From an uncultured virus (IMG/VR IMGVR_UViG_3300021958_000051) (lineage: Duplodnaviria; Heunggongvirae; Uroviricota; Caudoviricetes), in IMG/VR virus record IMGVR_UViG_3300021958_000051, positions 1-64,000 of that record: a stretch of 64,000 nt of DNA. One strand, 5' to 3'. Shown one piece after another: positions 46,398-56,884 of the stretch. A program made the translations under genes and the position numbers. How positions within the stretch are numbered: position 1 is the first letter of the stretch; each line of letters starts with the position of its first letter. Below the pieces are notes generated by a model that saw only the letters and a program-made list of their open reading frames with translations, was not told where the DNA came from and made no database searches.

Positions 46398-49300
46398 GCA
46401 GTGATTATATTTCAAACAACCCTAATGTAAGAATCAATATTCTTAGAAAAATAGCAAAAGAATATGAAGGTTATATAGCGGGAATTGGAGGAGATAATAC
46501 TTTATACAAGTTTTCACCAGACTCAGAATTAAAAGCATTATTAAAACCAGGTGAAGAAAGCAGAACAAAAAACAACATGTCTGAAGAACAAAAGCAGATA
46601 CGCCTAATTGAACAAGCTTTAAATGCAATATTAGATACTGCAAATGGAGCATATCTAACTAAAGATTATTTATCAAAAAGTAAAATATATAATGGTATTG
46701 ATATATCAAAATTAGGTGATAATGCAACCTCATCAGAAGAAGCTTTATTATTAGGTAAAAGTTTAAAAATATTAACTCAAAAAAAGTTAATCAATAGTAT
46801 TATAGATGCTCCATTGAATTTAACGCCTAGTACAGGTATAATCACTACTAGTACATCTCCGTTTAATGATGTATCAGAAAGAGGATTAATATTTACACCA
46901 ACAGAAGCTTCAAAAAAAGAATCAGATTTAACTGAAGAAGAGAAAAAAGATAGAAAAAAACAATCAAAAATTGATAAGCTAAAAAGCAAATATAACACTT
47001 TCGATAAATTTAATGAATTAAAGCCAGATCAAAAAGAAGCAATTGCAAAAGATTTAGATTTAAAAGTTTCTGAAATAGAGTCAGCACTTAAAAAAAGAGA
47101 TGCAGAAAAAAACACATCTCAAAATGCAAAAGAAAAACTAATTCAAGCAAGAAAAGATGCTGTTGCAAAATCAAATAATGGTTCTTTAAGAACTGACAAT
47201 GTCAATATTGCAGACATTGATAATTTTATTTTAGAAAACCCAGGAAGACAAACAGAAGAAGTAAAAGACAACTCAGGAAAAGTAATCAGTTCAAATTCTG
47301 CAGTACTTGTTTCTTTACCGATTAATAATGATCAATCAGGAAATCAAAAAAATCCTAATTTTGCAATGAGTGCATATGTTTTTTGCAACCAAAGTATTCA
47401 AAGGTCTGGAAAATCAAAAGATTACTTGAGTCTTTTTCTAAATGGAATTCCTCCTATTGAAATGTCAAGATGTACTCCCTATCTAGATATTACTGTATAT
47501 CATAAAAACAAGTCAAAAAACAAAAAAAGGTTTTTAAATCATGAATATCATATGCGATTTATTAAACAAGAAAACGGAGAATTTGTTTTATCTGAAGGTG
47601 CAATATCTAATGCAAAAAGATTAAATGGAGCTCCAAGAGAAAGTGGTCTAGATTCAAGTTTTATGTCGATTTTTACATCCCCACAGACCATGGCAAATGG
47701 AAATATTAATAAAGGCGTAAATGCAGACAATATATTTAAAAACTACACAACTTCAGATAAAAATTCTATAGGGGACCAAAGATTTTTAGAACCTATTGTT
47801 CCTTTATTAACTTTAAACTCTTTTCAGGTCACGATTGCTGGCATGGGATATGGAATGGTTTCCTCCAGAAAAGGAAGTATGTCTTTGGTGTTGCATGATA
47901 GAAGTCGATTGCAAGATTTTGCACCTTTGATTAGTTTAAATCAATTATCAGGTACTAGCATAAGGGTAGAATTTGGTTGGAGTCATCCAGATGGTAATCC
48001 TTTGACTAGTAAAAACGAAATAGGTAAATTTTTAAATGCAATGAGAGATGTCCAGTTTTATAATTTGCTAGGGTCAAATCTTTCATTTCAAAATAATTCT
48101 GTAAATATTGAAGTTCAATTAGCTTCTGCTGGATTTGAGTTCATGTCAGACGTATCTGCTGCAGCAGGTTATTATTCTCCGCTCAATTTTATTAATAAAA
48201 AGCTTAATAAAATTATTAATGACATTATTGAAAAAGAATCAAATACCAATCAGCCAATAGAAAATTCTCCTCAAGAAAAAGTGCTTAAACAAATGAAGAT
48301 AATAAGGACAGCAATTACTTCACAAACAGCTGTAGTAAAGTCTGAAGATTATAAAAAAGTTTTGTCTGAGTTAGAATCAGATAAATCAAACATTAGCAAG
48401 TTAAATACAGTGTTGAAAACATTGGGATATGTCAATGATGAATCAAAAGAAGTTAAAAACGCAAGTGAATTAATTAGTTTAATTAATGAGGATGAACTTA
48501 AAAAATCTTCAAAAGAAAGATCTTTGTACACATCCAAGCTAATAAAAGATAAAATTGCAATTGCAAGATTGACCGAAGATTTTGACCTTTTAGAAACAAC
48601 AAACACAGCTTTTCAAAATAAAATAATGAATTCAGGAGATTTGACAAAAGCACCAGATGAAGCAAACGTATTAGATGATTTAGGTTTAAGATTTAGTGAA
48701 ACAATAAGCTTTGGAAAATTAGTGCTAATGTATTGTGCATTACCAATGATGTCAACTTGTGAATTTGCTGATGTTCAAGTTTTCTTTTATCCGATTAATA
48801 ATAGAGCAGGTGGAGCTAGAAGATTTACAACTGCATCTTTACCTATTGAATATAGCATTGTTCGTAATGCTATTGATGAAAGATTTAAAAATGAAGGAAA
48901 TATTTCTGTAAAAGGTATGTTTAATTTTTTAGCAAATCTTTTTGAAGACACAGGTTTAAAAACTTATGGCATCGGAGAAACTTTTGACTTTGACAAAGAA
49001 AACGAAAAGCTTTCAAAAGAAGATCAAGAAAAGAAAAAACAGGAAGCAATCGATGATTATTTAAAAGATAATCAAGAAAAATTAACTCCCGAAGAAGAAG
49101 CAAAAGGTAAAAACAAAGAATTGACTGAAGAGAAAAAAGAAGCAATTTATAAATTAAGTCTTAAAAAAGCTTTTAGAAATCGCTCAAAAGAAAAAATAGC
49201 ACAATTTTATGAAAATGATAATTTGCCTGCTGAAAATTCTAATGAGTTAGTTTTACCTAATTTGCAAATGCATATGGAAGTCTTGCCTGCAATTGATCCG

Positions 49301-50056
49301 GAAATTTCAGCTAAAAGCGCGTCAACAATTGAAAATTTCTTTTTTGGTGCAATCAAAAAGCAAAATGAAGACGGATACTTGGATGATAAAAAAATATTAA
49401 GAATTCATGTTTATGATACTAGATCGAATGGAAATCCTCGTGGAGAGTTATTAAACAAAATATTAAATGATGATGTTGCAAATTTTTTAACAGGAAACTT
49501 ATCTCATGTTGCAAATGATACTGATAAAGTAAAAATAGTAAGAGAAGATACTAAGTCGTCAAAACTTGTTAGTAAGATACCTACAAGAGAACTTAAATAT
49601 TATGTTAAAAGAAGTTATCCTAACGTTACATGGGGTGCATCAAGCTCTGTGATAAAATCATTATCAGTTTCAAGTAATACTAGCGATAAAGTTTCAAAAC
49701 TGATAATGATTAGAAGGCAAGCAGACGAGAGAGCCGCGGGCGGAGCAAAAAATAGAGTAGGTCCAGAAGAAGAAGTTTCAATTAACCCATCATCAATTAG
49801 TTTAGAAATATTAGGATGTCCTTTTATTGATAGAGGAACTCAGATATTTGTAGATACTGGAACCGGAACTGATTTAGATAATGTTTATACTGTAAATAAT
49901 ATAACACACAGTGTAAACTCAGGTATGTTTATGACTAGTTTAAGTTTAACTTTAACTGCGCAAGGTGCAATATCTAGTACGAGGAAAAATCTTGCAAATA
50001 AACTTAAAACTGCAGTCAAAGTAATAGAAGAAAACTCTGAAACAAAAACAACATGA
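46394..50056 (+). CDS. baseplate hub protein (gp27/GpD-like), enlarged
   Basis: IRVEFGWSHPD; C-terminal SLEILGCPFI..GTQIFVD..TG..LDNVYTV..ITHSV..G.F.TSL; synteny. Confidence 0.65.
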   Translation: MSSDYISNNPNVRINILRKIAKEYEGYIAGIGGDNTLYKFSPDSELKALLKPGEESRTKNNMSEEQKQIRLIEQALNAILDTANGAYLTKDYLSKSKIYNGIDISKLGDNATSSEEALLLGKSLKILTQKKLINSIIDAPLNLTPSTGIITTSTSPFNDVSERGLIFTPTEASKKESDLTEEEKKDRKKQSKIDKLKSKYNTFDKFNELKPDQKEAIAKDLDLKVSEIESALKKRDAEKNTSQNAKEKLIQARKDAVAKSNNGSLRTDNVNIADIDNFILENPGRQTEEVKDNSGKVISSNSAVLVSLPINNDQSGNQKNPNFAMSAYVFCNQSIQRSGKSKDYLSLFLNGIPPIEMSRCTPYLDITVYHKNKSKNKKRFLNHEYHMRFIKQENGEFVLSEGAISNAKRLNGAPRESGLDSSFMSIFTSPQTMANGNINKGVNADNIFKNYTTSDKNSIGDQRFLEPIVPLLTLNSFQVTIAGMGYGMVSSRKGSMSLVLHDRSRLQDFAPLISLNQLSGTSIRVEFGWSHPDGNPLTSKNEIGKFLNAMRDVQFYNLLGSNLSFQNNSVNIEVQLASAGFEFMSDVSAAAGYYSPLNFINKKLNKIINDIIEKESNTNQPIENSPQEKVLKQMKIIRTAITSQTAVVKSEDYKKVLSELESDKSNISKLNTVLKTLGYVNDESKEVKNASELISLINEDELKKSSKERSLYTSKLIKDKIAIARLTEDFDLLETTNTAFQNKIMNSGDLTKAPDEANVLDDLGLRFSETISFGKLVLMYCALPMMSTCEFADVQVFFYPINNRAGGARRFTTASLPIEYSIVRNAIDERFKNEGNISVKGMFNFLANLFEDTGLKTYGIGETFDFDKENEKLSKEDQEKKKQEAIDDYLKDNQEKLTPEEEAKGKNKELTEEKKEAIYKLSLKKAFRNRSKEKIAQFYENDNLPAENSNELVLPNLQMHMEVLPAIDPEISAKSASTIENFFFGAIKKQNEDGYLDDKKILRIHVYDTRSNGNPRGELLNKILNDDVANFLTGNLSHVANDTDKVKIVREDTKSSKLVSKIPTRELKYYVKRSYPNVTWGASSSVIKSLSVSSNTSDKVSKLIMIRRQADERAAGGAKNRVGPEEEVSINPSSISLEILGCPFIDRGTQIFVDTGTGTDLDNVYTVNNITHSVNSGMFMTSLSLTLTAQGAISSTRKNLANKLKTAVKVIEENSETKTT

Positions 50057-51087
50057 CCTGGATAAAACCTATTATGAATATTGGTATAAAAATAACTAAA
50101 GGATACAATTTCTCAGATAACACACTAGTAATAGGAAACAAAAAAAATATATTATCCCTAAACGAAATAAACGAAATAAACAGATTGTTAAATCTGAAAC
50201 AAATTAAAAACAAAAAACAATATTTTGATAAATTATTAACTTCTTTGAATGCATCAAAACAGGATGTGAATCGTTTAATTAACGTAAAAAATAAAAATAT
50301 TTATTTGAAATACCTAAAAGAAGAAATAGAAAAGTCTAAAAATTACATTACTAGATATTTTTTTGAAACTTTACCATTAAGACTAGAATTATTTGAAAAG
50401 ATTATAACACTAGAAAATTGTAAACCAACTATTTATGATCACAATACAACGACAGGAAGACTAAAAGTAATTGGTGGTACTAATTTTTTAACAATGAAAA
50501 GTGAAGATAGAAATAGATTAAAACATAAAGATGATAAAAAGATCATTCAAGAAATAGACTTTAAATCTTGCGAACCTAATTTTTATTTAAAAAGTAAAGG
50601 AATAGAATTTAATGGATCAGATGTTTATAATTTTTTAATGAAAAAATTAAATATTGAGTGTGAAAGATCAAGCTTTAAAAGAGGCGTACTTTCAATAATT
50701 TATGGTGCAAATGAAATAACAGTATCAAAAATATCTAAAATACCTGTTAAGAAAATAAAAGAAATAAAACAAATATTCGATATTGATAATTTTTCAAATA
50801 GTCTAGAAAAAGAATATAAAGAAAAAGGTTATATTGAGAATTATTATGGACGTCCTTTATTCTCAAAAAACAATTTAGTAAATCACTGGATTCAATCTTC
50901 TGCAGCTGATTATTGTTGTTTAGCATTTAGAGAATATTTAAATAAAAATACATCAATCGAATTGCACGGAGTAATTCATGACGCGATTATTGTTTCTGAT
51001 TATCAAAAAATAGATATTAATACAATAAAAGAGTCAATATCAAATATAGAAATCCCAGTATCAATTAAGAGTTTAGGAGATAATTAA
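50053..51087 (+). CDS. minimal family-A DNA polymerase-like protein (polymerase domain only)
   Basis: TTTGRL; motif A EIDFKSCEP; motif B FKRGVLSIIYGA; NYYGRP; NHWIQSSAAD; motif C IHDAI. Confidence 0.8.
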   Translation: MTWIKPIMNIGIKITKGYNFSDNTLVIGNKKNILSLNEINEINRLLNLKQIKNKKQYFDKLLTSLNASKQDVNRLINVKNKNIYLKYLKEEIEKSKNYITRYFFETLPLRLELFEKIITLENCKPTIYDHNTTTGRLKVIGGTNFLTMKSEDRNRLKHKDDKKIIQEIDFKSCEPNFYLKSKGIEFNGSDVYNFLMKKLNIECERSSFKRGVLSIIYGANEITVSKISKIPVKKIKEIKQIFDIDNFSNSLEKEYKEKGYIENYYGRPLFSKNNLVNHWIQSSAADYCCLAFREYLNKNTSIELHGVIHDAIIVSDYQKIDINTIKESISNIEIPVSIKSLGDN

Positions 51088-51091
51088 TATT

Positions 51092-51586
51092 ATGAAAAAA
51101 TTAAAAGAATTAAATTTAAACGTAGGCAGATCACCTGCAGAATACCCAGGAACGTCAACTAAATTTCCAATTGGTTATAATGGACAATTTATAGGAAATG
51201 CTGATACTTCAAATAGTAGAAGAATGCAAGTTGTGGCTAATTCAAATGAAGAAGCCGGTTTAGAAGAAGAAGAATTATTAGAGCAAGAGGATGACATGAT
51301 AAAAGAAATTTTAAATGCTAGAGTTAAAAAAGAAAACAAATATTCATTATTAGAAACTTTAGAAAATATATCTGAAGTTGAGTCAGAAGAAGTTGAAGAA
51401 GAATCATATGAAGAAGTTAATTTAGAAGAGTTTTCAGGATCTGCGGCTGTTGTTGGTGCAACCGGTCCATTTGGTGACGAAAAAAGAAAAAATATATCAT
51501 CAGCAGAATATCTTCAAAAAGAACAAATTGAAAGAATGAGAATATTGGAAGCTTATCATCAAAAAACTTCAAATAGATTAAAATAA
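51092..51586 (+). CDS. acidic hypothetical protein
   Basis: E-rich with many [LI]xE sites; ATAATTA motif upstream. Confidence 0.65.
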   Translation: MKKLKELNLNVGRSPAEYPGTSTKFPIGYNGQFIGNADTSNSRRMQVVANSNEEAGLEEEELLEQEDDMIKEILNARVKKENKYSLLETLENISEVESEEVEEESYEEVNLEEFSGSAAVVGATGPFGDEKRKNISSAEYLQKEQIERMRILEAYHQKTSNRLK

Positions 51587-51588
51587 TT

Positions 51589-51617
51589 TTGTACCTTACA
51601 CACACACACTATATAAT
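51589..51617 (+). promoter_or_regulatory. sigma70-like promoter of ssb
   Basis: TTGTAC (51589-51594), 17-nt CA-repeat spacer, TATAAT (51612-51617). Confidence 0.6.
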
Positions 51618-51687
51618 TGCTAAGCAATTAAAAATTAAAAATTAAACATTAACAATTGCAAATTAAACATTAAAACGGAGAAAAATC

Positions 51688-52473
51688 ATGGCTATTGATT
51701 TTGAAGCTATCAAGCGCAAACTAGAACGACTCAGCGGAAACAATAAATCACAAAATGTAATGTGGAAACCACAACCAGATGAAGAATATAATGTTCGTCT
51801 TATGAGTTTTCCAGATAATGACGGTCAACCCTTTAAAGAGTTGATGTTTTATTACAATATTCCTGGGCAACGTGGTCTTTTGGCACCATCTCAATTTGGT
51901 GAAAGAGATCCAGTTCAAGAATTAATTAACAAACTTCGTGATGAAGGTACAAAAGAAAGCTATGAAATGGCAAAGAAATTGTATCCTAAAATGCGAGTTT
52001 ATGCCGCAGTAGTTGTAAGAGGCGAAGAAGATAAAGGTGTACAGCTTTGGGGTTTTGGAAAGCTTGTTTATCAAAAACTTCTTGGTATTATGCTTGACGA
52101 AGATTACGGAGATATCACTGACCCCAAATCAGGTCGTGATATTAAAGTAATTTGTTCTAAACCACCCGGTCAACAATGGGCAAAAACAGAAATTCTTCCT
52201 CGTGGACGATCAACAAAACTATCTGATGATACATCAAAAGCAAAGGAATGGATGACTAATATTCCTGACATTAAAGGTATATTTAAAACAAAGTCTTACG
52301 ATGAACTTAGTAAAATTGTAAATGACTGGCTCAATGGCGACAACGAAGATGATGAAGGTACTGAAAAGTTTGGAAGTAATACTTCTAACGATGATGATAC
52401 ACCTAAATCAGGCGGTGGAAGCGGAAAATCTTATAATGACTTAGACGATGCATTCGCAGACTTGATGTCATAA
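51688..52473 (+). CDS. single-stranded DNA-binding protein (gp32-like)
   Basis: WKPQ...VRL, LWGFGK.VY, DITDPKSGRDIKV; acidic tail ending DLDDAFADLMS. Confidence 0.85.
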   Translation: MAIDFEAIKRKLERLSGNNKSQNVMWKPQPDEEYNVRLMSFPDNDGQPFKELMFYYNIPGQRGLLAPSQFGERDPVQELINKLRDEGTKESYEMAKKLYPKMRVYAAVVVRGEEDKGVQLWGFGKLVYQKLLGIMLDEDYGDITDPKSGRDIKVICSKPPGQQWAKTEILPRGRSTKLSDDTSKAKEWMTNIPDIKGIFKTKSYDELSKIVNDWLNGDNEDDEGTEKFGSNTSNDDDTPKSGGGSGKSYNDLDDAFADLMS

Positions 52474-52505
52474 ATAAGCAATCAATAAAAGATTAATCTT
52501 TTTTC

Positions 52506-52536
52506 GGGGAAGTATGAAAATACTTCCCCATTTTTA
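52506..52536 (+). terminator. intrinsic terminator after ssb
   Basis: GGGGAAGTAT-GAAA-ATACTTCCCC followed by ATTTTT. Confidence 0.85.
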
Positions 52537-52574
52537 TATTTATGTAGTGATAGATTACTAAAAAAGAGAAACAA

Positions 52575-54728
52575 ATGAATAATGTCACTGCAAATAGTAT
52601 CGATAGACGTTTATTAAGAGAACAAATAAAAAGAAAGATGTTGACTGAAGCAAGACACAATCTTGCGCAAAAAGTAATAGAAGAAAGATATGAAAAAGGA
52701 ATAACTAGCCTGTCTATATTTGATTTTGCGCCAAAAGAAGATATAAAAGAAATTATTAATTTTGCGCAGGAAAACTTAAATGAAGTTAAATATGCTGCAA
52801 GAATATTAAGAGAGCAAGTATACTCAGGTCAGTTAACCAATTCTAAGCATAAAGTAAGTCAAGTATTAAGCAATGATATAGAGCTTAAAGGTCAAAAAAT
52901 TAGACTTCATGAGATATCAGACTTTGCATTAGATATGCTTTTTGGTTTCGGTCCAATGTTAGGATTAATTCCTTTGCCGGGTTTTGAAATAGCAGGTAGT
53001 GGTATTGCTATAGCAGGATTATTGTATTATGGATATAAGTTATATCAAGCAGTTAGAGCTGAAGATGGTTTGGAAATATTCATACAGGGAATATCAGTTT
53101 TATTTGCAGCTGCTGCTGTCTTTCCAAGAGTTGGAGCAGCTTTTGCTGCAGCAGCAAAAAAGGTATTTGATTTCTTTAAAGGCTTTAAAGGAGTCGCTTC
53201 AAAATCTTTATTGTCTGTTGCAACAGGAGGTGTTTCTAATGTGGTTGCAAAATTTGGTAAAGAAGCAGTAGAACAAGGGGCCAAGGAAGTAATTGAACAA
53301 GGAACAGTAAACGCTATGAAAGAACTTGGGGAAGAAATTATCACAAATCAAGAAACCCTTAAAAAAGGTGCTGAAATTGCTTCTAGCGGCGCGAAATATT
53401 TAGATTATGCCAAAGACTTATTAAAAGGAATGAAAGATGGTGCTGCAACAAAATATTTAGGAAAAATACCTGTTATTGGTCCTAAATTAAGTAGTATAGT
53501 TGATAATTTATTAGAAGTCTTCCTAGCGGGTGGGTCTAAATTAAAAGATATAATTATTAAGAATACAAAAACAATGGCAGAAGTTTCAGAAGTAGCTGTA
53601 AAAGAAGGTGTTGATAAAGTAGGTACTGGTGCATTGACAACAATTGCAGTTGCGACTACCCAAGCTGAAAAAAAGGCAGCACAAGAAACTTTAGAAGCTT
53701 TAGCAAAAGAAAGTGATGAGCTAGCGGCCGCAGCACGTCAATTAGGTTATTTAGATGAAGCTTTCGAAACAGCAGCAAAAGCCACAACAAAAGGAAAATC
53801 TGGTGCCAAAGGAATTCACAAAGCTGGAGAAAAACTTCTTGGTGAGTTTGATGTAGTAATGTCAAAAATGAGTCAAGAAGCTGCCAGTATAGGAAAAAAC
53901 GCTAGTGGTGATGCAATTGAATTAGTACAAAGAGAAATATTTAAGGCAGGAGAAAAATTAGCAGGGGTTGGAATAAAAAATAAGTCAACATACGCAAGTG
54001 TAACAAAAATATATAAAGGACTATTTCAAACAGCACAAGATATTGCTGTTATATCAAAAACAAGTATATCATCTGCGATTAAAGAATTACCATCAGCGGC
54101 AAAAACTATAAATTTTGGGAATTTAAAGATAACTGGTCAAGCCGTTACGAAAGGCGGATCTAAAGTTGTAATTAAAGAAATAGTAGAAGAAGAAGGTAAA
54201 ATTATGGTGAGGGCAGTAGCAAAAAATGGTAAAGTATATGCAAGAGAAATGACAGGAGATATTGCCAAACAATTGTCTGATAAAGGTATTTTTAAATCTA
54301 TTTTTGGTAAAATGAATAATAATTTAGGTCGACAAGCAAAAGTTTTGGAAAGAAGAACTTTAAAAGCATCATTTTCAAGAACAGCTGCAAAAGAAGCAGA
54401 AGAAGCATCACTTAAACTTGCTGACGATATAACAACACAAACAGTAGGTGAAATAACTGAAGAAGTAGGTCAAGTAGCAGCAAAAGTTACTGCAGAAAAT
54501 GCAGACAGCGTTATTAAAACGCTTATATCTCCTGAAAAATTAATGAAGGCTGATTGGTGGGTAAAATTAACAGGAGGCCTCTGGAATACTTTCTTAAGCG
54601 GGCTAGATGTTTCTGGAAAAACTAAACTTTCTAGAGTTGTAGATTCACAATCTTCAGATTATTATAATGTGGATCGATCAGAACTTGATGAAACCCTTAG
54701 ACGGAAAAGTTTAAAATTTTTATATTGA
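52575..54728 (+). CDS. large Ala/Gly/Lys-rich helical protein with hydrophobic hairpin
   Basis: Hydrophobic segments (FGFGPMLGLIPLPGFEIAGSGIAIAGLLYYG; ISVLFAAAAVFPRVGAAFAAAA); N-terminal LLRE/MLTE/LNE sites. Confidence 0.7.
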   Translation: MNNVTANSIDRRLLREQIKRKMLTEARHNLAQKVIEERYEKGITSLSIFDFAPKEDIKEIINFAQENLNEVKYAARILREQVYSGQLTNSKHKVSQVLSNDIELKGQKIRLHEISDFALDMLFGFGPMLGLIPLPGFEIAGSGIAIAGLLYYGYKLYQAVRAEDGLEIFIQGISVLFAAAAVFPRVGAAFAAAAKKVFDFFKGFKGVASKSLLSVATGGVSNVVAKFGKEAVEQGAKEVIEQGTVNAMKELGEEIITNQETLKKGAEIASSGAKYLDYAKDLLKGMKDGAATKYLGKIPVIGPKLSSIVDNLLEVFLAGGSKLKDIIIKNTKTMAEVSEVAVKEGVDKVGTGALTTIAVATTQAEKKAAQETLEALAKESDELAAAARQLGYLDEAFETAAKATTKGKSGAKGIHKAGEKLLGEFDVVMSKMSQEAASIGKNASGDAIELVQREIFKAGEKLAGVGIKNKSTYASVTKIYKGLFQTAQDIAVISKTSISSAIKELPSAAKTINFGNLKITGQAVTKGGSKVVIKEIVEEEGKIMVRAVAKNGKVYAREMTGDIAKQLSDKGIFKSIFGKMNNNLGRQAKVLERRTLKASFSRTAAKEAEEASLKLADDITTQTVGEITEEVGQVAAKVTAENADSVIKTLISPEKLMKADWWVKLTGGLWNTFLSGLDVSGKTKLSRVVDSQSSDYYNVDRSELDETLRRKSLKFLY

Positions 54729-54753
54729 AAATTATTCCGGAATAATGTATAAT
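54725..54753 (+). promoter_or_regulatory. sigma70-like promoter of the recA-exonuclease-helicase-nrdJ block
   Basis: TTGAAA (54725-54730), 17 nt, TATAAT (54748-54753). Confidence 0.65.
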
Positions 54754-54782
54754 TCTTTATGTTAATAGATAAAGGAGAATAC

Positions 54783-55937
54783 ATGCCAAGTGATGATTTT
54801 ACTAAAGACTTAATTAAGTCTCTCAATAAAGAAAAAGGAGCAAGAGTAGCTTATAATCTTGCAGTTGATGATAGCCCAACCCATGTTAAACGTTGGATCA
54901 GTACTGGTAGTCAAATGTTAGATTATATTTGTGCCAATCAAAAAGATGGCGGTTTACCTGAAGGTCGTATTGTAGAAATATTTGGACCTCCCTCAATTGG
55001 TAAGTCCCATATAGCAACACAACTAGCTCGTTCGACCCAACAAATGGGAGGAATTGTTGTTTATATCGACACAGAAAATGCAACATCAGTTGATAATCTT
55101 CGTGCTTTAGGGGTAGATGTTTCTTCTCGTTTTGTTTATGTTGATACACATTGTACTGAAGAGGTGTTGTCAATAGCAGAAAAAACAATCTTAAAAGCAA
55201 AAGCTCTTGATAAAGACGTTCCCGTTACAATTATTTGGGATTCTGTTGCTGCAACTTCACCAAAAGCTGAATTGTTGGGTGATTATGACAAAGAATCAAT
55301 TGGACTTCAAGCCCGGGCAATTTCAAAAGGTATGCGGAAAATAACAGGTGTTATTGGGCAAACTAATTCACTTTTGATATGCCTTAATCAAATCCGAACT
55401 AAAGTAGGTGTAATGTATGGTGATCCAACAACGACACCAGGTGGTAAGGCAATTCCATTTCATAGTTCGATCCGGATTAAATTAGGCGCAGGACAACCGA
55501 TTAAAGATGGTGATGATGTAATTGGTATTAATGTATCAGCAAAAACAATAAAAAATAAGGTTGCACCACCTTTCCGGGTTGCAAAGTTTCAAATACATTT
55601 TGGAAAAGGGATTGTTGAGCACGAAGAGCTTTTTGATTTGTTAAGAAAGCATGGCGAAGAGATAATTAATAATAAATCAATCAAGGTGTCAGGAAGTGGT
55701 CAATGGAAGAATTTTCAAGTTGTTTGTTGCGAGTCTGGTGAAGTTTTGATTGAGAAAAAATTTAGAAAAACAGCTTTTAATGAACTAATGAAAGATCCGG
55801 ATTACAAACCTTATTTAGATCAGTTAGTAGAAAAAGCAATGGTAAAAGTTATGACAACAACTGACGGCGTTGATATCGATACAGAATCATTAGCAGAATT
55901 AGAAGCATTACAACAGGAAATGTTTGATAATGAATAG
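54783..55937 (+). CDS. recA: RecA/UvsX recombinase
   Basis: ISTGS..LD, GGLPEGRIVEIFGPPSIGKS, YIDTE, IWDSVAA, LNQIR and TTPGGKAIPF; AAGGAG RBS before ATG 54783. Confidence 0.95.
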   Translation: MPSDDFTKDLIKSLNKEKGARVAYNLAVDDSPTHVKRWISTGSQMLDYICANQKDGGLPEGRIVEIFGPPSIGKSHIATQLARSTQQMGGIVVYIDTENATSVDNLRALGVDVSSRFVYVDTHCTEEVLSIAEKTILKAKALDKDVPVTIIWDSVAATSPKAELLGDYDKESIGLQARAISKGMRKITGVIGQTNSLLICLNQIRTKVGVMYGDPTTTPGGKAIPFHSSIRIKLGAGQPIKDGDDVIGINVSAKTIKNKVAPPFRVAKFQIHFGKGIVEHEELFDLLRKHGEEIINNKSIKVSGSGQWKNFQVVCCESGEVLIEKKFRKTAFNELMKDPDYKPYLDQLVEKAMVKVMTTTDGVDIDTESLAELEALQQEMFDNE

Positions 55938-56880
55938 ATGTCTTATAATAGACGCATACAATCTTTTTATAAGACATTATGTTGCGAATCCTGCAATGTC
56001 AAAAAACGGCGAACAAGTCGGTGGCATTGTAGGATTTTACAATAACATGACAAAGTTAATTGACAAATGCAATCCCACAGATGTTTATGTTATTTGGGAA
56101 GGTGGCGGTTCTATTAGAAAAAAAGCAGTGTATAAAGATTATAAGCGTCAATCTCGTCCGGTTAAGTTGAATCGATATTATGATGATATACCCGATACAA
56201 TGGAAAATAGAAATTATCAAATTAAAACATTGATAAAACTTCTAGATAACTTTCCGATCACACAGTTGTATGTAGAGGGATCCGAAGCCGATGATGTTAT
56301 TGGATACCTATGTAAATATCGTTTTAAATCCAGGCCTAAGGTAATCCTTTCCTCTGATCATGATTATTATCAGCTGCTTGACAATTTGACGATAATTTAT
56401 TCACCTACACTCAAGACATTTGTTAATGAAAAGTTTGTAATTGATAAATTCGGAATACATCCACAAAATTTTGCATTGGCAAAGGCAATTGTTGGTGATA
56501 ATTCAGATAATATCCCAGGAGTTCCAGGTGCAGGATTTAAGACTTTAGTTAGAGAATACGGTCATCTATTTCAAAATCCTGAGTTTGATTCGAATCGATT
56601 TGAACTTTTTATTGAGAATTCTGTTAAAATGGAAAAATCAAAAAAGAAAATATATAAATCAATTAAAGAAAATGAAGATATGATTGAAAGAAATTTTAAA
56701 GTTATTAATCTAGATGTTGACAATTTGGCACATTACCAAGTAAATAAGATTGAACAAAAACTTGAAAACCATCAAAAAACATATAATAATATAAACATAC
56801 ACAAACTACTAAATGAAAATGCAATTAATAGCATTGACGTCTACAACACAAAAATAATTTATAATAGATTATTGAGGTAA
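55930..56880 (+). CDS. 5'-3' exonuclease / flap endonuclease (T4 RNase H-like)
   Basis: LIIDAYNL, YKRQ, EADDVIG, SSDHDYYQL and GDNSDNIPGVPGAG. Confidence 0.92.
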   Translation: MNRCLIIDAYNLFIRHYVANPAMSKNGEQVGGIVGFYNNMTKLIDKCNPTDVYVIWEGGGSIRKKAVYKDYKRQSRPVKLNRYYDDIPDTMENRNYQIKTLIKLLDNFPITQLYVEGSEADDVIGYLCKYRFKSRPKVILSSDHDYYQLLDNLTIIYSPTLKTFVNEKFVIDKFGIHPQNFALAKAIVGDNSDNIPGVPGAGFKTLVREYGHLFQNPEFDSNRFELFIENSVKMEKSKKKIYKSIKENEDMIERNFKVINLDVDNLAHYQVNKIEQKLENHQKTYNNINIHKLLNENAINSIDVYNTKIIYNRLLR

Positions 56881-56884
56881 AAAT

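Noticed and set aside
31960..50056. Bacterial extracellular contractile injection system (eCIS/tailocin)
   Set aside because: The tail genes are contiguous with terminase, portal, capsid, neck and replication genes, so this is a genuine phage.
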